A stretch of 64,000 nucleotides of DNA, taken from an uncultured Candidatus Saccharibacteria bacterium. Lineage in GTDB: Bacteria > Patescibacteriota > Doudnabacteria > UBA920. The notes under the pieces were generated by a model. It did no database searches and was not told where the DNA came from. It saw nothing but the letters and a program-made list of their open reading frames with translations. The position numbers were made by a program, and so were the translations under genes. The stretch is from positions 65,343-129,342 of the forward strand of contig CAZHIA010000006.1 in assembly GCA_964532425.1 (NCBI GenBank). The letters are read 5' to 3'. Position 1 is the first letter of the stretch; every line of letters begins with the position of its first letter. Of the stretch, positions 9,022 to 18,713 are shown one piece after another.

Positions 9022-9126
9022 TGCTGCTATTATAGCATATTTTATGGTTTATTGACAAATATGGAAAAATATGTTAATATTTGGTGTTTAGGGTGCAATT
9101 TACAGAAAGTGAGAATTGGAGGGGTC

Positions 9127-9294
9127 ATGCAGTTCGTGCAGGTTTTGAAATGGGCTGTAATAGCCCTAAGTGCGGTTTCGTTCGTTGGCTGCCTTTGGGC
9201 CATCGGATCAAAGAAATTTGATGATGAACCGGACTCGGCATTCGTCTGGGGACTCGTCACATCTTTCGTGGCTTTTTGCCTCGCATCTTCCTAA
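9127..9294 (+). CDS. Small membrane protein
   Basis: SD GGAGG, two hydrophobic segments, TTGACA promoter-like element at 9052. Confidence 0.5.
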   Translation: MQFVQVLKWAVIALSAVSFVGCLWAIGSKKFDDEPDSAFVWGLVTSFVAFCLASS

Positions 9295-9303
9295 GGAGGG
9301 ATA

Positions 9304-9519
9304 ATGTGGAACTTCTTCGCCACGGCATCGTGGCAGCGTTGCTTGGCTGCCTTGATGGTGATGGCCATCGTGGTTTTGGGGATCATGACGATCCTCGGCC
9401 CTGAACGCACGGGCGATCTCGTGAAGTATATTATCGCCATTGCCGTGACAGTGTTCATGCTTTCACGAGTGTTCCGCCGACGCGGCGGACACGGAGGAGG
9501 CAACGGCAAGCACCGTTGA
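9304..9519 (+). CDS. Small membrane protein
   Basis: SD TAAGGAGG, two TM helices, basic tail, followed by a hairpin terminator near 9541-9575. Confidence 0.55.
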   Translation: MWNFFATASWQRCLAALMVMAIVVLGIMTILGPERTGDLVKYIIAIAVTVFMLSRVFRRRGGHGGGNGKHR

Positions 9520-9600
9520 AAAAGGAATGCGGCCACTTTAAAAGGCTCTCGGATTTTGCGAGAGCCTTCTTTTTTATATAACCAATGTTTTTGCTTTTTT

Positions 9601-9670
9601 GTAGGGGCCGCCTTTAGGCGCCCAAAAGCGATCAGTTGCTAATGGGCGGGCAGCTGTCGCTCGCCCCTAC
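9601..9670. repeat. GTAG-type REP-like element downstream of gltX
   Basis: Starts GTAGGGGC and ends GCCCCTAC. Confidence 0.55.
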
Positions 9671-9685
9671 TCTGACATGCACTAA

Positions 9686-11197
9686 TTATAGTTTGCTTAA
9701 CGCCTTCTCTATTCTTTCCACTACACTCCCCTTCCCCTTACCGAGTGCCAGCGTGGCAGCAACATCAAACGGCGGCGGGCTAAATTGCATACCTGTCAAA
9801 GCGACTCGCATGGGCCATAAAACAGAGCCGTTATCATACCCCTTGTCCGTAATGAACTGTTTGATTGCGGCTTCCAGATCGGCCTTGGTGAATTTCCCCT
9901 CTTCAAGCGCGGCCAGGAGACCTTTCAATTCAGAGAGGATGGCCTTCGTTGCTTCAGGAGTTGATTTCTTCCAGACCAAGAGACTGCCTTCGTATTCCGG
10001 TTCAAAGAAGAAATAGCGAGTCCGCTCCCCTATTTCGGAGAGCTTTTTCAGACGTTCTTTTTCCAAACCGGCTATGGCTTCCAAATATTCGTGCTTTTGC
10101 CCTGCTGTATCTATGCCTGCCTCCTGCCAATATGGCATCAATTGATCGGCCAATGCCGAGTTATCCGTGGCGCGGATGTACAAGCTGTTCATCCAATCTA
10201 ACTTATTGAGATCGAAAATTGCTCCGGCGCGGTTAACCTTGTCAAGATCAAACTGTGCGATCAGATCGTTCATGGTAAAAACTTCCTGTTCGGTTTTGGG
10301 GTTCCAGCCGAGGAAGGCTACAAAGTTGATCAGAGCTTCTTTGAGGTAGCCTTTTTTGAGGAAGTCCTCGACAGCTACGTCGCCCTGGCGTTTGCTGAGT
10401 TTAGATTTGTCTGGATTTAAGATGAGCGGCAAGTGGGCGAACTGCGGCGCCTGCCAGCCGAATGACTGATAGAGGAGAATATGCTTAGGCGTGGATGGGA
10501 TCCATTCCTCGCCGCGGATGACATGGCTGATCTCCATGAGGTGGTCATCGACGACCACTGCCAAATGATAGGTTGGAAATCCGTCGGATTTTAAGATGAC
10601 CTGGTCGTCGAGGGTTTTATGCTCGTACGTGATATCGCCATAAATAAGATCATGAATCGTAGTCGAGCCTTCCAGCGGGATGGCCTGCCTCACCACTGGG
10701 CGCTTGCCGGCAGTTTTGAATTCTTCCAGTTTGGAAGCGACCTGCTCCTTGGTCAGGCTGCGGCAGAGACGGTCATACATAGGAGGCTTTTTGAGTGCGG
10801 TCTGTTCCTTTCGTACTTCTTCCAGCCGCTCTTCGCTGCAAAAACAGTAGTAGGCGCTCCCCTTCTCGATCAATTCCTCGGCATACTTGTGATAGATATC
10901 GAGCCGTTTGGATTGCAAATAAGGACCCTTGTCACCCCGCTCCTGCACGTGTCCGCTGTCATCTAGATAATATCCTTCATCGAACTCGATGCCCATGTGC
11001 TTCATTACGCGCAACAGATTTTCGACCGCGCCTTCCACGTAGCGGTTCTGGTCAGTGTCCTCGATGCGCAGGATATTGGTCCCCTGATTGTGCCGGGCAT
11101 ACAGAAAAGAAAAAAGCGCGGTTCTCAAGGAACCGATGTGTACGTACCCTGTTGGGCTCGGCGCGAACCGGACGCGTACTGGTGTGGTGTCGGGCAT
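9686..11197 (-). CDS. gltX: Glutamate--tRNA ligase
   Basis: VRVRFAPSPTGYVHIGS (HIGH-like), LRIEDTD, PTYHLAVVVDDHLM, KLSKR. Confidence 0.97.
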   Translation of the reverse strand: MPDTTPVRVRFAPSPTGYVHIGSLRTALFSFLYARHNQGTNILRIEDTDQNRYVEGAVENLLRVMKHMGIEFDEGYYLDDSGHVQERGDKGPYLQSKRLDIYHKYAEELIEKGSAYYCFCSEERLEEVRKEQTALKKPPMYDRLCRSLTKEQVASKLEEFKTAGKRPVVRQAIPLEGSTTIHDLIYGDITYEHKTLDDQVILKSDGFPTYHLAVVVDDHLMEISHVIRGEEWIPSTPKHILLYQSFGWQAPQFAHLPLILNPDKSKLSKRQGDVAVEDFLKKGYLKEALINFVAFLGWNPKTEQEVFTMNDLIAQFDLDKVNRAGAIFDLNKLDWMNSLYIRATDNSALADQLMPYWQEAGIDTAGQKHEYLEAIAGLEKERLKKLSEIGERTRYFFFEPEYEGSLLVWKKSTPEATKAILSELKGLLAALEEGKFTKADLEAAIKQFITDKGYDNGSVLWPMRVALTGMQFSPPPFDVAATLALGKGKGSVVERIEKALSKL

Positions 11198-11276
11198 GGG
11201 AGTGAGATTAAAAATGCCCTTAAATTATAGTACTTTTCGCAATCAGTGGCAACAGGAGGGTGATAATAAGCCCAGC

Positions 11277-11304
11277 GTAGGGGCGGGTCGCGACCCGCCC
11301 CTAC
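11277..11304. repeat. GTAG-type REP-like perfect palindrome upstream of gltX
   Basis: GTAGGGGCGGGTCG-CGACCCGCCCCTAC (28 bp). Confidence 0.65.
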
Positions 11305-11385
11305 AAGGGTAGGGACATCCGTTTGTATATTGACTGGCTAGTGCCTTGATGCTACTCTGTAATGTCCGAAGAAACAGGAGGTGCT

Positions 11386-11571
11386 ATGTCATACTTGATC
11401 CTTTACACGAGTCAGCTTCTTGGCTGGAGCGAGGACCACAAGGAAATCAGACAACTCGTGGATAAAAAGGAGTGTTTCGCGGCAAGAAATGATGAGGAGG
11501 CGAAGCGTATTTTTGAGAGAAAGAGAGTGGTGACCGGAATGGATGGAGTCCTCTTCCGGAAGGTCGAGTGA
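11386..11571 (+). CDS. Small hypothetical protein
   Basis: SD AGGAGGT 4 nt before ATG 11386. Confidence 0.5.
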   Translation: MSYLILYTSQLLGWSEDHKEIRQLVDKKECFAARNDEEAKRIFERKRVVTGMDGVLFRKVE

Positions 11572-11604
11572 CGGTTGAAACCTGTTCAACGTGAGGGAGG
11601 AATT

Positions 11605-11784
11605 ATGCTTAAACAGCTCATTGCTGATGCAATAGCTGCTGCTCTGCTTGTCTTTATTGTCGCCATGATATATCGAAGCGGCAAACTCAATATCTGGTGG
11701 GCAATTGGCCTGGCAGTATTTGGTTGCAATCTCGTCGAGTCGCTTCTCAAGCGGTATGCGGGACTCGGTAGTGGGATCAACTAA
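11605..11784 (+). CDS. Small two-TM membrane protein
   Basis: SD GGAGG, hydrophobic segments, terminator-like hairpin after the stop. Confidence 0.5.
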   Translation: MLKQLIADAIAAALLVFIVAMIYRSGKLNIWWAIGLAVFGCNLVESLLKRYAGLGSGIN

Positions 11785-11900
11785 ATCTGAGAGCGTCGCA
11801 ATATGCATTTAACAGCAGTCCTGTCCTTTGGGCTGCTGTTTTTTATATGTAAAGTCTCTACGGCTTCTAATCTTTCAAAATTTTCTATCTTTCTATTTTT

Positions 11901-13211
11901 CTATAGTCCCGGCATATCGCTCAGTGCCAGCTCAGTTACCGGGCGCTTTTGCGGGTGGATTGAGGTAAGTAGCTTGTCGATCGGCACCCACTTGTACTCC
12001 ACGAATTCTTCCTGGTCGAGCTTGATTTCCGATTCTTCTCCGGTGAAGCGGAAGAAGAAGATCTTCTGTTCCTGGCCGCGGTGCTTGAATTTGGAATGCA
12101 GCGGGAGTTTGCGTGCTGTTGACCAGGAGTATCGGTAGACGTGGTCGGAAATCTTGAGCAGCTCCAAACTCTTCATTCCCGTCTCTTCGAACACTTCTCG
12201 GCGGGCACCATCAACGGGTCGTTCCCCCTCTTCAATGCCGCCTTGGGGTAACTGCCAAAAATCATCCGTGCCGCGCGGGCTTTGGCCGAATTTTTTGATG
12301 AATTTGTTATCAGGATTGAAGCGGGCAATAAAGACCTGATTGTCCTTATTAAGGATGAAGCTCATGGCATTTTGCCGGTATGGGAGCGTACTGAAAAATT
12401 TATATTTTATGAGCAGCCAAGAAAGGCCTGCGGTGGCTTGCCATATCCTTTTGACCCGGTATGGCTGGGTAACCAGCCGCCACAGCCATTCCAGGCCGAT
12501 GCGGCGGATGAATGCAGGCGGTAGTGCACGCTTGCCGGCAATGTAATCAAATGTCCCTCCCACGCCGATTGCAAGCGTGGCGGGTAGGTTGTGCAGATGC
12601 TGAGCGATCCATTCTTCCTGGCGAATCGGGCCGAAGGCGACAAAGATCATATCCGGCTTGGTGGCTGCAATGTCAGTCATGATGCTCGGGTCGTGGGGGT
12701 GCTTGTTTGAATACCCGACAATATTGAGATTCGGGTATTGGTCTGTGAGTTTGCGGGCCGCCAGCTTGGGCGTGTCGCCAAAACCCCCGAGGAGGTACAC
12801 GGACTTTTGTTCCTGCGCGGCAAGCTTACAGAGGTCCCAAGTGACATCCGCTCCGGCGATTTTTTCCGGAATAACAGTTTTGATCCAGGCCGGATTGAGG
12901 AGTACTGCGGCACTGGAATAGAACAACTGCCACATGGTCTGCAGGAACTTTTTGTAATACCCTCCCTCCGCTGCCGGCAGGCTGAGGAATTTCGCCGCTA
13001 GCAGGATACCGACCCCATCGGGTATAGAAATATCCGCCGTATTGAGTAATTCCAAAATGTGCTGGCTGCGCAGGGCCCGGTAGAGAAATTCCGAATATGG
13101 AGTTATGACAAAAGTCTTCTGGCCGGTGCGAAGCCGTTCAGTCACTGTTTCTAAGAATATCCGTTTTGTTATATTGTTTACTTTCAGGCCTGCAATATCG
13201 ATGCAATCCAT
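11901..13211 (-). CDS. WecB/TagA/CpsF glycosyltransferase fused to an RppH-like Nudix hydrolase
   Basis: IPDGVGI, KIAGAD, VYLLGG, IFVAFGPIRQEEWI, IGVGGTFDYIAG, GLEWLWRL; then WQLPQGGIEEGE...ARREVFEETG (Nudix box) and GQEQKIFFFRF...EFVEYKWV. Start ATG 13211, 6 nt after TATAAT. Confidence 0.85.
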   Translation of the reverse strand: MDCIDIAGLKVNNITKRIFLETVTERLRTGQKTFVITPYSEFLYRALRSQHILELLNTADISIPDGVGILLAAKFLSLPAAEGGYYKKFLQTMWQLFYSSAAVLLNPAWIKTVIPEKIAGADVTWDLCKLAAQEQKSVYLLGGFGDTPKLAARKLTDQYPNLNIVGYSNKHPHDPSIMTDIAATKPDMIFVAFGPIRQEEWIAQHLHNLPATLAIGVGGTFDYIAGKRALPPAFIRRIGLEWLWRLVTQPYRVKRIWQATAGLSWLLIKYKFFSTLPYRQNAMSFILNKDNQVFIARFNPDNKFIKKFGQSPRGTDDFWQLPQGGIEEGERPVDGARREVFEETGMKSLELLKISDHVYRYSWSTARKLPLHSKFKHRGQEQKIFFFRFTGEESEIKLDQEEFVEYKWVPIDKLLTSIHPQKRPVTELALSDMPGL

Positions 13212-13312
13212 AGTGCCATTATACAAAACTTTGGAGCTGCTGACGAGGTTGTCTTCAGCCATCGACTGTGGTAGTGTGTAGCAAGACCCCGAAACTCGAA
13301 ATGGAGGAAAAT

Positions 13313-13561
13313 ATGGACCTCGGCATGATCCTGTTAAGTTTCGCGCGACCGACGAGTGACCGGAACTTATCCGGTTTTTCGCTGACTACTGCTGTATGCT
13401 ATCTTTCCGGTGTACTTCTGATCTTGGCAAGCTTAACACTGCCCCCTTCTCGGCTCGGTGAGCATCCCGATATGTTTGTTGCCGCAACCACCGGTACGGC
13501 AGTTGGCGTGTTCTTGCTCATGGTGGCGCTCATTCAACTCCTTAATTCACATGATGCGTGA
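13313..13561 (+). CDS. Small membrane protein
   Basis: SD GGAGG, two hydrophobic segments. Confidence 0.45.
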   Translation: MDLGMILLSFARPTSDRNLSGFSLTTAVCYLSGVLLILASLTLPPSRLGEHPDMFVAATTGTAVGVFLLMVALIQLLNSHDA

Positions 13562-13729
13562 CCTGTCAGCCGGCCACGGAAATCGTATCAGCAGACTCTC
13601 GAGCATGATCTGCCTATGAGGTACTAGAATAAGGGCGCCTATACCGCCCTTTTTTGTTTTGGAAAAATGTTGTATACTTTTGTCAGTTCGATTTTTTTTG
13701 CTTGCTATCCCAGGAGGATTTATTTTGCA

Positions 13730-14035
13730 ATGTCACGGATACTCACTAGTATTCCACGTGAGCTGGCAGCGCTCCACCCGAATGGCAATCCCGTTGAGCG
13801 GTTGGATATCGCGGTGTTGCACCAGACACTTGAAGATTTAGACAAGGGCGAACAGGGGGAGTTTATGGACGCCGCCCTCTATTTCTTCAGGGATGACAGT
13901 AGGCTTGCCTACCCATATTCATTCAGCCAGGTCTGTCGCCGGCTCGGACTGGATGCCAATGGAGTGGCCCTCAAATTATGGGCCAGCTTGGACCCCGGTA
14001 GCCGCACTCAATTTCATCAATACGTGCAGTCATAA
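13730..14035 (+). CDS. Hypothetical protein
   Basis: AGGAGG upstream; AVLHQTLEDL..YSFSQVCRRLGLD segment; hairpin after the stop. Confidence 0.55.
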   Translation: MSRILTSIPRELAALHPNGNPVERLDIAVLHQTLEDLDKGEQGEFMDAALYFFRDDSRLAYPYSFSQVCRRLGLDANGVALKLWASLDPGSRTQFHQYVQS

Positions 14036-14108
14036 ACAGGCTTGCCGAGCTCCGAAAGGACCCGTCTGGGTCCTTTTTTCTTATCGAATTTTCCTGTATA
14101 CTGTTTGT

Positions 14109-14402
14109 ATGGACAGTATTGGGAACATAGCCAAGTTTGCCAAGAAAAGGCCGGAGAAGCCCGCAGTTGATACGCACCTCCACTCCCCTGCCCATGTCCT
14201 GGCTGACGAGCTCTCGGTCAAGCTAAAGGACAAGAAGCATTTCGGCTTTTACCTCAAAATGGCCACTTTGTATGACCATGGTTTTTTGCGTAAGCTATGC
14301 GGAGAAGTCCTGGAGAATAAGAATGTTAAAACTCCTGGGCGTTTGTTCGCCTACCTCATTAAGAAACGGAATGAGGAAGCCAGGCAAATACCCAACAATT
14401 GA
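14109..14402 (+). CDS. Small basic hypothetical protein upstream of def
   Basis: ATG 6 nt after TATACT; LADELS..LKDKKHFGFYLK..KTPGRLFAY. Confidence 0.6.
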   Translation: MDSIGNIAKFAKKRPEKPAVDTHLHSPAHVLADELSVKLKDKKHFGFYLKMATLYDHGFLRKLCGEVLENKNVKTPGRLFAYLIKKRNEEARQIPNN

Positions 14403-14475
14403 CCTGTAACATTTAACTTTTGACTATCACCCAAGGTCAAAGGTTAAAGGTCAAATGTCAAATGTTGAATGTACT

Positions 14476-14991
14476 ATGATTCTCCCTATCGTCATCTATC
14501 CTAATAAAATCCTTCGTGAGCCGGCCCAGCCGGTTGAGTTTCCATTGTCTAAGGAAATGGTAAAGCTGACGAAAGATATGATGGACACGGTACGGAACGC
14601 CGATGGAATCGGTCTCGCCGCTCCGCAAGTGGGCAAGCCGTACCGGCTTATCGTCATCAATCTGGAAAAAAACGGCGTACCGCTTATCGCCCTCTATAAT
14701 CCCAAAGTGGTTTCCCGGGGGTTTAAAAAAGTGGAAGTTGAAGAAGGCTGCCTGTCGTTGCCGGGTGTGTTCGGTATGGTCAAGCGACCGAAGAAGGTTA
14801 CAATCCAGGCACAAAACATGCAAGGTGAATTGGTGAAAATAACCGACGAGGGCTGGGTGGCCCGCATTGGCCAGCATGAGATCGATCATTTGAATGGCAG
14901 GCTGATTATCGACATGATCTCCAAGTACACCCAGGGTGGTGAGATTGCCAAAGAGTGGGAAAAAAACTACAAATCTACAAATAAGCGCTAA
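14476..14991 (+). CDS. def: Peptide deformylase
   Basis: GIGLAAPQVG, EGCLSLPG, QHEIDHLNG. Confidence 0.97.
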   Translation: MILPIVIYPNKILREPAQPVEFPLSKEMVKLTKDMMDTVRNADGIGLAAPQVGKPYRLIVINLEKNGVPLIALYNPKVVSRGFKKVEVEEGCLSLPGVFGMVKRPKKVTIQAQNMQGELVKITDEGWVARIGQHEIDHLNGRLIIDMISKYTQGGEIAKEWEKNYKSTNKR

Positions 14992-15067
14992 TCTACAAAT
15001 ACCTACAAATTCCTCTAAGTGCATTTGTAGGTATTTGTAGATTAGTATTAATCCGAAGATTCGTAGT

Positions 15068-15604
15068 ATGAAATTTATTAAAGATATTCTCTTCTTCGAT
15101 TTTCAGGCTACGGGTATGGATCCCGATAAGGATAACATTATCCAACTTTCAGCTGTGCTGCTGGATAAGGATAATCTTCTTGAAAAAGGCAATTTCAATT
15201 CGTTCATTAGGATTTCGTACTTGGAAGGTACGATCACCCAGCACGCCAAACTCCTGCATATCGATTATGAAGTCTTGCGCAAGAGTCCGAAGATTTACGA
15301 TGTGGCTAAAACTTTCCATACGACGTTCGGTTCCAATCTGCTACTCGCGACCAACAACCTCACCAATTTGCTGTTCTTGAAAAGCGGGTTTAAAAAGGCG
15401 CTGGTGCCTTTCGATTACGACCCCCACATTATTGAACTGTGGACGCTCGGATATGTATACACTCTCAATTACGGATTGAAGAAAATGCCGACCTTTAATA
15501 CGTTTGTCGAGTATTTTAAATTAAAACAAGAACGGCCGTGGGACAGCCTGGAAAAAGTAAGATTAGAGGCAGAAATTTTCAGGAAGATAATTAAAGAAGC
15601 ATAG
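15068..15604 (+). CDS. DEDDh 3'-5' exonuclease-like protein, predicted catalytically inactive
   Basis: Paralogue of the next gene, but ExoI reads DFQ, ExoII D is N, and ExoIII reads WDSLEK instead of HDALND. Confidence 0.75.
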   Translation: MKFIKDILFFDFQATGMDPDKDNIIQLSAVLLDKDNLLEKGNFNSFIRISYLEGTITQHAKLLHIDYEVLRKSPKIYDVAKTFHTTFGSNLLLATNNLTNLLFLKSGFKKALVPFDYDPHIIELWTLGYVYTLNYGLKKMPTFNTFVEYFKLKQERPWDSLEKVRLEAEIFRKIIKEA

Positions 15605-15728
15605 TAATCTCGAATATAACGAATATAGCGCAAATATACCAATAGCTATTGGCCGTTCAAATAAACAAAGGACGGGGTGCGGTATTTGTATATTGGTGCT
15701 TGATTCGTAAATTAGAGAACCCTACTGT

Positions 15729-16292
15729 ATGAATTTCAAAAAAGACATTCTCCTTATTGACACCGAGTTTTCAGGTTTCGATCTCAAAAAACACGAATTG
15801 CTGCAGATTGCGGCGGTGTTGCTCGACAAGAAAACCTTGAAAGAAAAGAAGAGTTTTTGCAGTTATATCAAACCGACCCGCTGGAAGCATCGCGACGCGC
15901 AGGCGATGGCGGTCAACCAGATTACCTGGGAAATGGTAAAAGATGCTCCGTCATTGCGGCAGGTGATCTCCGCATTTGACGAGTTGTTCGACCATCAAGA
16001 AGTACTGCTAGCATCGTACGTCGGGTTTGCGGATAAACGCTACCTCTTGGAAGTGTACAGTAAGCTTGGGCTGCCGTTCAGGTTCGACTACCATTACTTT
16101 GACGTCTGGTCGGCATGTTATGCTTACTTTGCAGCCAAAGGCTTGCTGAAGAGCAAAAAGGATTTTGCCGGATTTGGCATGGATTACGGCATCAAACATT
16201 TTCAAATCCCCTCTTTCGGCAAACAGCACGATGCCTTAAACGATTGCCGTATCGAAGCGGAATTGTTGAGAAGAGTAATGAAAGAAATATAG
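15729..16292 (+). CDS. DEDDh 3'-5' exonuclease (DnaQ/RNase T/Orn superfamily)
   Basis: IDTEFSG, GFAD, HDALNDC. Confidence 0.85.
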   Translation: MNFKKDILLIDTEFSGFDLKKHELLQIAAVLLDKKTLKEKKSFCSYIKPTRWKHRDAQAMAVNQITWEMVKDAPSLRQVISAFDELFDHQEVLLASYVGFADKRYLLEVYSKLGLPFRFDYHYFDVWSACYAYFAAKGLLKSKKDFAGFGMDYGIKHFQIPSFGKQHDALNDCRIEAELLRRVMKEI

Positions 16293-16420
16293 TGCAACAT
16301 TTGACATTTAACCTTTAACCAGTAACTTACCTGCCCACCGCAGTCGTATCGGGGCGAGTGATTTTTGCAAATTGGTCAAATGTCAATTGTCAAAGGTTAA
16401 ATGTTACTAAAATCCATACT

Positions 16421-17344
16421 ATGCGCATAGTTTTTTTTGGAACCTCGAACGTTGCTTTGCCGGTTTTGGACCTGCTGCAGCGGACCTATGAAGTTGCGGC
16501 TGTTGTGACGCAGCCGGATAAACCGGTTGGCCGCAAACAAGAACTGTCTCAAAGCCCGGTATCGGTCTTGGCCCAGGAGATGGGTGTAAAAACACTGAAA
16601 CCAGACCGGGTCAAAGGCAATGATCTGTTTAGAATGGAACTGGCTGGTTTAAACGCAGATCTTTTTATCGTAGTTGCGTATGGGAAAATATTGCCCAAGG
16701 AAATCATTGAGATGCCTCGTCTGAAGACTCTCAACGTACATTTTTCCCAGCTTCCCAAATACCGTGGTCCCTCCCCCATCCAGTTCGCGCTCTTAAACGG
16801 CGACCCGGTCACGGCGACGAGCATCATGGTGCTCGATGAAGAATTGGACCACGGCCCGGTCCTGACTGCCGAAAAATACACCATCGCATCGGATGATAAC
16901 TATTTGAGCTTGTCGACGAACCTTGCTCATGTTTCCGCCCGGGTGCTCAGCACGATGCTGCCTGACTATGCGGAAGGTCGCCTAGCTGCTGTCGAACAGG
17001 ACCATGCGCAGGCTACCTATACCAAGATCATCACCAAGGATGATGGTCGTGTTGACTGGAGTAAAACGAGCCGGCAAATTTACAATCAATTCAGGGCGTT
17101 CTTCCCCTGGCCCGGCATTTGGACGAAATGGAATGGCAAGGTCCTAAAAATTACCGATTGCTCGGTACTTGAGGGACAGGTTTCTGACCAGCCCGGTACC
17201 GTACTGGACGGCGGAACAGTCGCCTGCGGGGACGGCACACTGCTCCGCATTTCCAGCCTGCAGCTGGAAGGGAAAGCGGAAACGGATATTGCTAGCTTTT
17301 TAAATGGCTACCGGAATTTTACCGGGAGCAAGCTGGGAGAATAA
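16421..17344 (+). CDS. fmt: Methionyl-tRNA formyltransferase
   Basis: RIVFFGT, VVTQPDKPVGR, VVAYGKILP, NVHFSQLPKYRGPSPIQ, LDHGP. Confidence 0.96.
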   Translation: MRIVFFGTSNVALPVLDLLQRTYEVAAVVTQPDKPVGRKQELSQSPVSVLAQEMGVKTLKPDRVKGNDLFRMELAGLNADLFIVVAYGKILPKEIIEMPRLKTLNVHFSQLPKYRGPSPIQFALLNGDPVTATSIMVLDEELDHGPVLTAEKYTIASDDNYLSLSTNLAHVSARVLSTMLPDYAEGRLAAVEQDHAQATYTKIITKDDGRVDWSKTSRQIYNQFRAFFPWPGIWTKWNGKVLKITDCSVLEGQVSDQPGTVLDGGTVACGDGTLLRISSLQLEGKAETDIASFLNGYRNFTGSKLGE

Positions 17345-17405
17345 ATGTAAATAACAATCCCGCAACGGTAGTCGTTGCGGGATTTTTGGTTGAGCGTGCG
17401 TATGG

Positions 17406-18017
17406 CTATGCGCAGCGCGAAAGAGTTCTCTCTTTGTGATGATACAGCAGGATGGTCATCATGATCGTCTCGATCACAAAAAAGGTGACCGGTTGCGCCG
17501 CCTCCTTGAATTCAATGAGAGCGAGCGAGGCGGGGTCGAAGGTCAGATTCGGAATTCCTGCGACTCCCAAAGCACATGAGACCCAATAGATGCTCCAGGC
17601 CAGCAGATTTTCATTTCGCCAGTTCTCGAACGTCGGCTTGGAAGCCATGAAGGTCACTGCACAGCTGGTCAAGATGGCGAGGCTTGGAGCAACAAACAGG
17701 AAGATGATGCCTGCGATGGCAGCGATCAGATACTTCCTGTCTTTGGGTTCCCAGCCTTTTTGTCCGTACTTGAACACAGTGGCGAGGACGATAAGTCCGC
17801 CAAAACTGACCCCAATGATCTGGCCCAAGCCTTCGGCGCGTTTGCGGATCATGCCGATCATGTTGATCCAGTCCAGGGACATCCAAATGAGCCAGCTGAC
17901 TTTTTTCGGTCCAGGTTTTCCTTGGCGCCCACCCTGGATGGTGGCGATGATATACGGAATAAACCCTACAATGAACAGCGTACCTGACAGTAACCGGAGC
18001 CACTCTTTGAGTGACAT
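17406..18017 (-). CDS. Multi-pass membrane protein
   Basis: SD AAGGAGG; IPYI..TI.G..KP...SWLIW pattern; about six hydrophobic segments. Confidence 0.7.
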   Translation of the reverse strand: MSLKEWLRLLSGTLFIVGFIPYIIATIQGGRQGKPGPKKVSWLIWMSLDWINMIGMIRKRAEGLGQIIGVSFGGLIVLATVFKYGQKGWEPKDRKYLIAAIAGIIFLFVAPSLAILTSCAVTFMASKPTFENWRNENLLAWSIYWVSCALGVAGIPNLTFDPASLALIEFKEAAQPVTFFVIETIMMTILLYHHKERTLSRCA

Positions 18018-18159
18018 CTCCCCTCCTTAAAACTGTAATCTGAATTCCTTATATTTAAGCATAAAATATTATTTTTGTCAATTTCAATCAATTACTCAAA
18101 TTTAAAATCCCTGCAACACTTTCGTACTGCAGGGATTGCACTTTTTTTGAGGTAGAAGA

Positions 18160-18570
18160 CTAAAAGCACGCACGGGCAGCGGTTCGCATCCGGTCCATTC
18201 GGATGCGGAGAGCTGTTTGCACCCGCACCGTGGTTCCGATGAGTTTTCCAAGGACGTACGGTTTGATTTCCGTGCCAAGGCTGATGAGCAGGCTCGCAGC
18301 AGCTCTTTTGAGCGGAGTCAGCGCGTCATATAATCCTTGCAGATCTTCCAGGTCATCGGCAAACTTCCGGCTTTGAATCTTCCCATAGGTATTCAAAGCA
18401 GCTGTGGCTGAACTGGCTGCGTCCAGAATTCTTTGGGGATCGTGCCCAGAGCTTTCCGATGCGGCGATTGCTTGAGATGCGCTCACGAGTGCATCTAGGT
18501 CAAAAAGCGGATTTAGTTTGGCAGCAGCTCGGTTCCGATTGAGTTCGACAAAATCGGAGAAGGCGTGCAA
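18160..18570 (-). CDS. Hypothetical helical protein, 5' end possibly frameshifted
   Basis: Open frame from TTG 18570; the SD-preceded ATG at 18590 reads ATG GGG TAA, one base out of frame. Confidence 0.5.
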   Translation of the reverse strand: MHAFSDFVELNRNRAAAKLNPLFDLDALVSASQAIAASESSGHDPQRILDAASSATAALNTYGKIQSRKFADDLEDLQGLYDALTPLKRAAASLLISLGTEIKPYVLGKLIGTTVRVQTALRIRMDRMRTAARACF

Positions 18571-18713
18571 AAGCGGTTCAATTACCCCATGAATCCTCCT
18601 GTGGAGTGTCGTTCCGTTAATTTAAGCAAGAAATCGGATTTTGGTCAATAAGGAAACAGGGTGAAAGCTATAAAACCCGGGCTTCACGCTTTGTGAAGCC
18701 CGGGGTAATCGGG

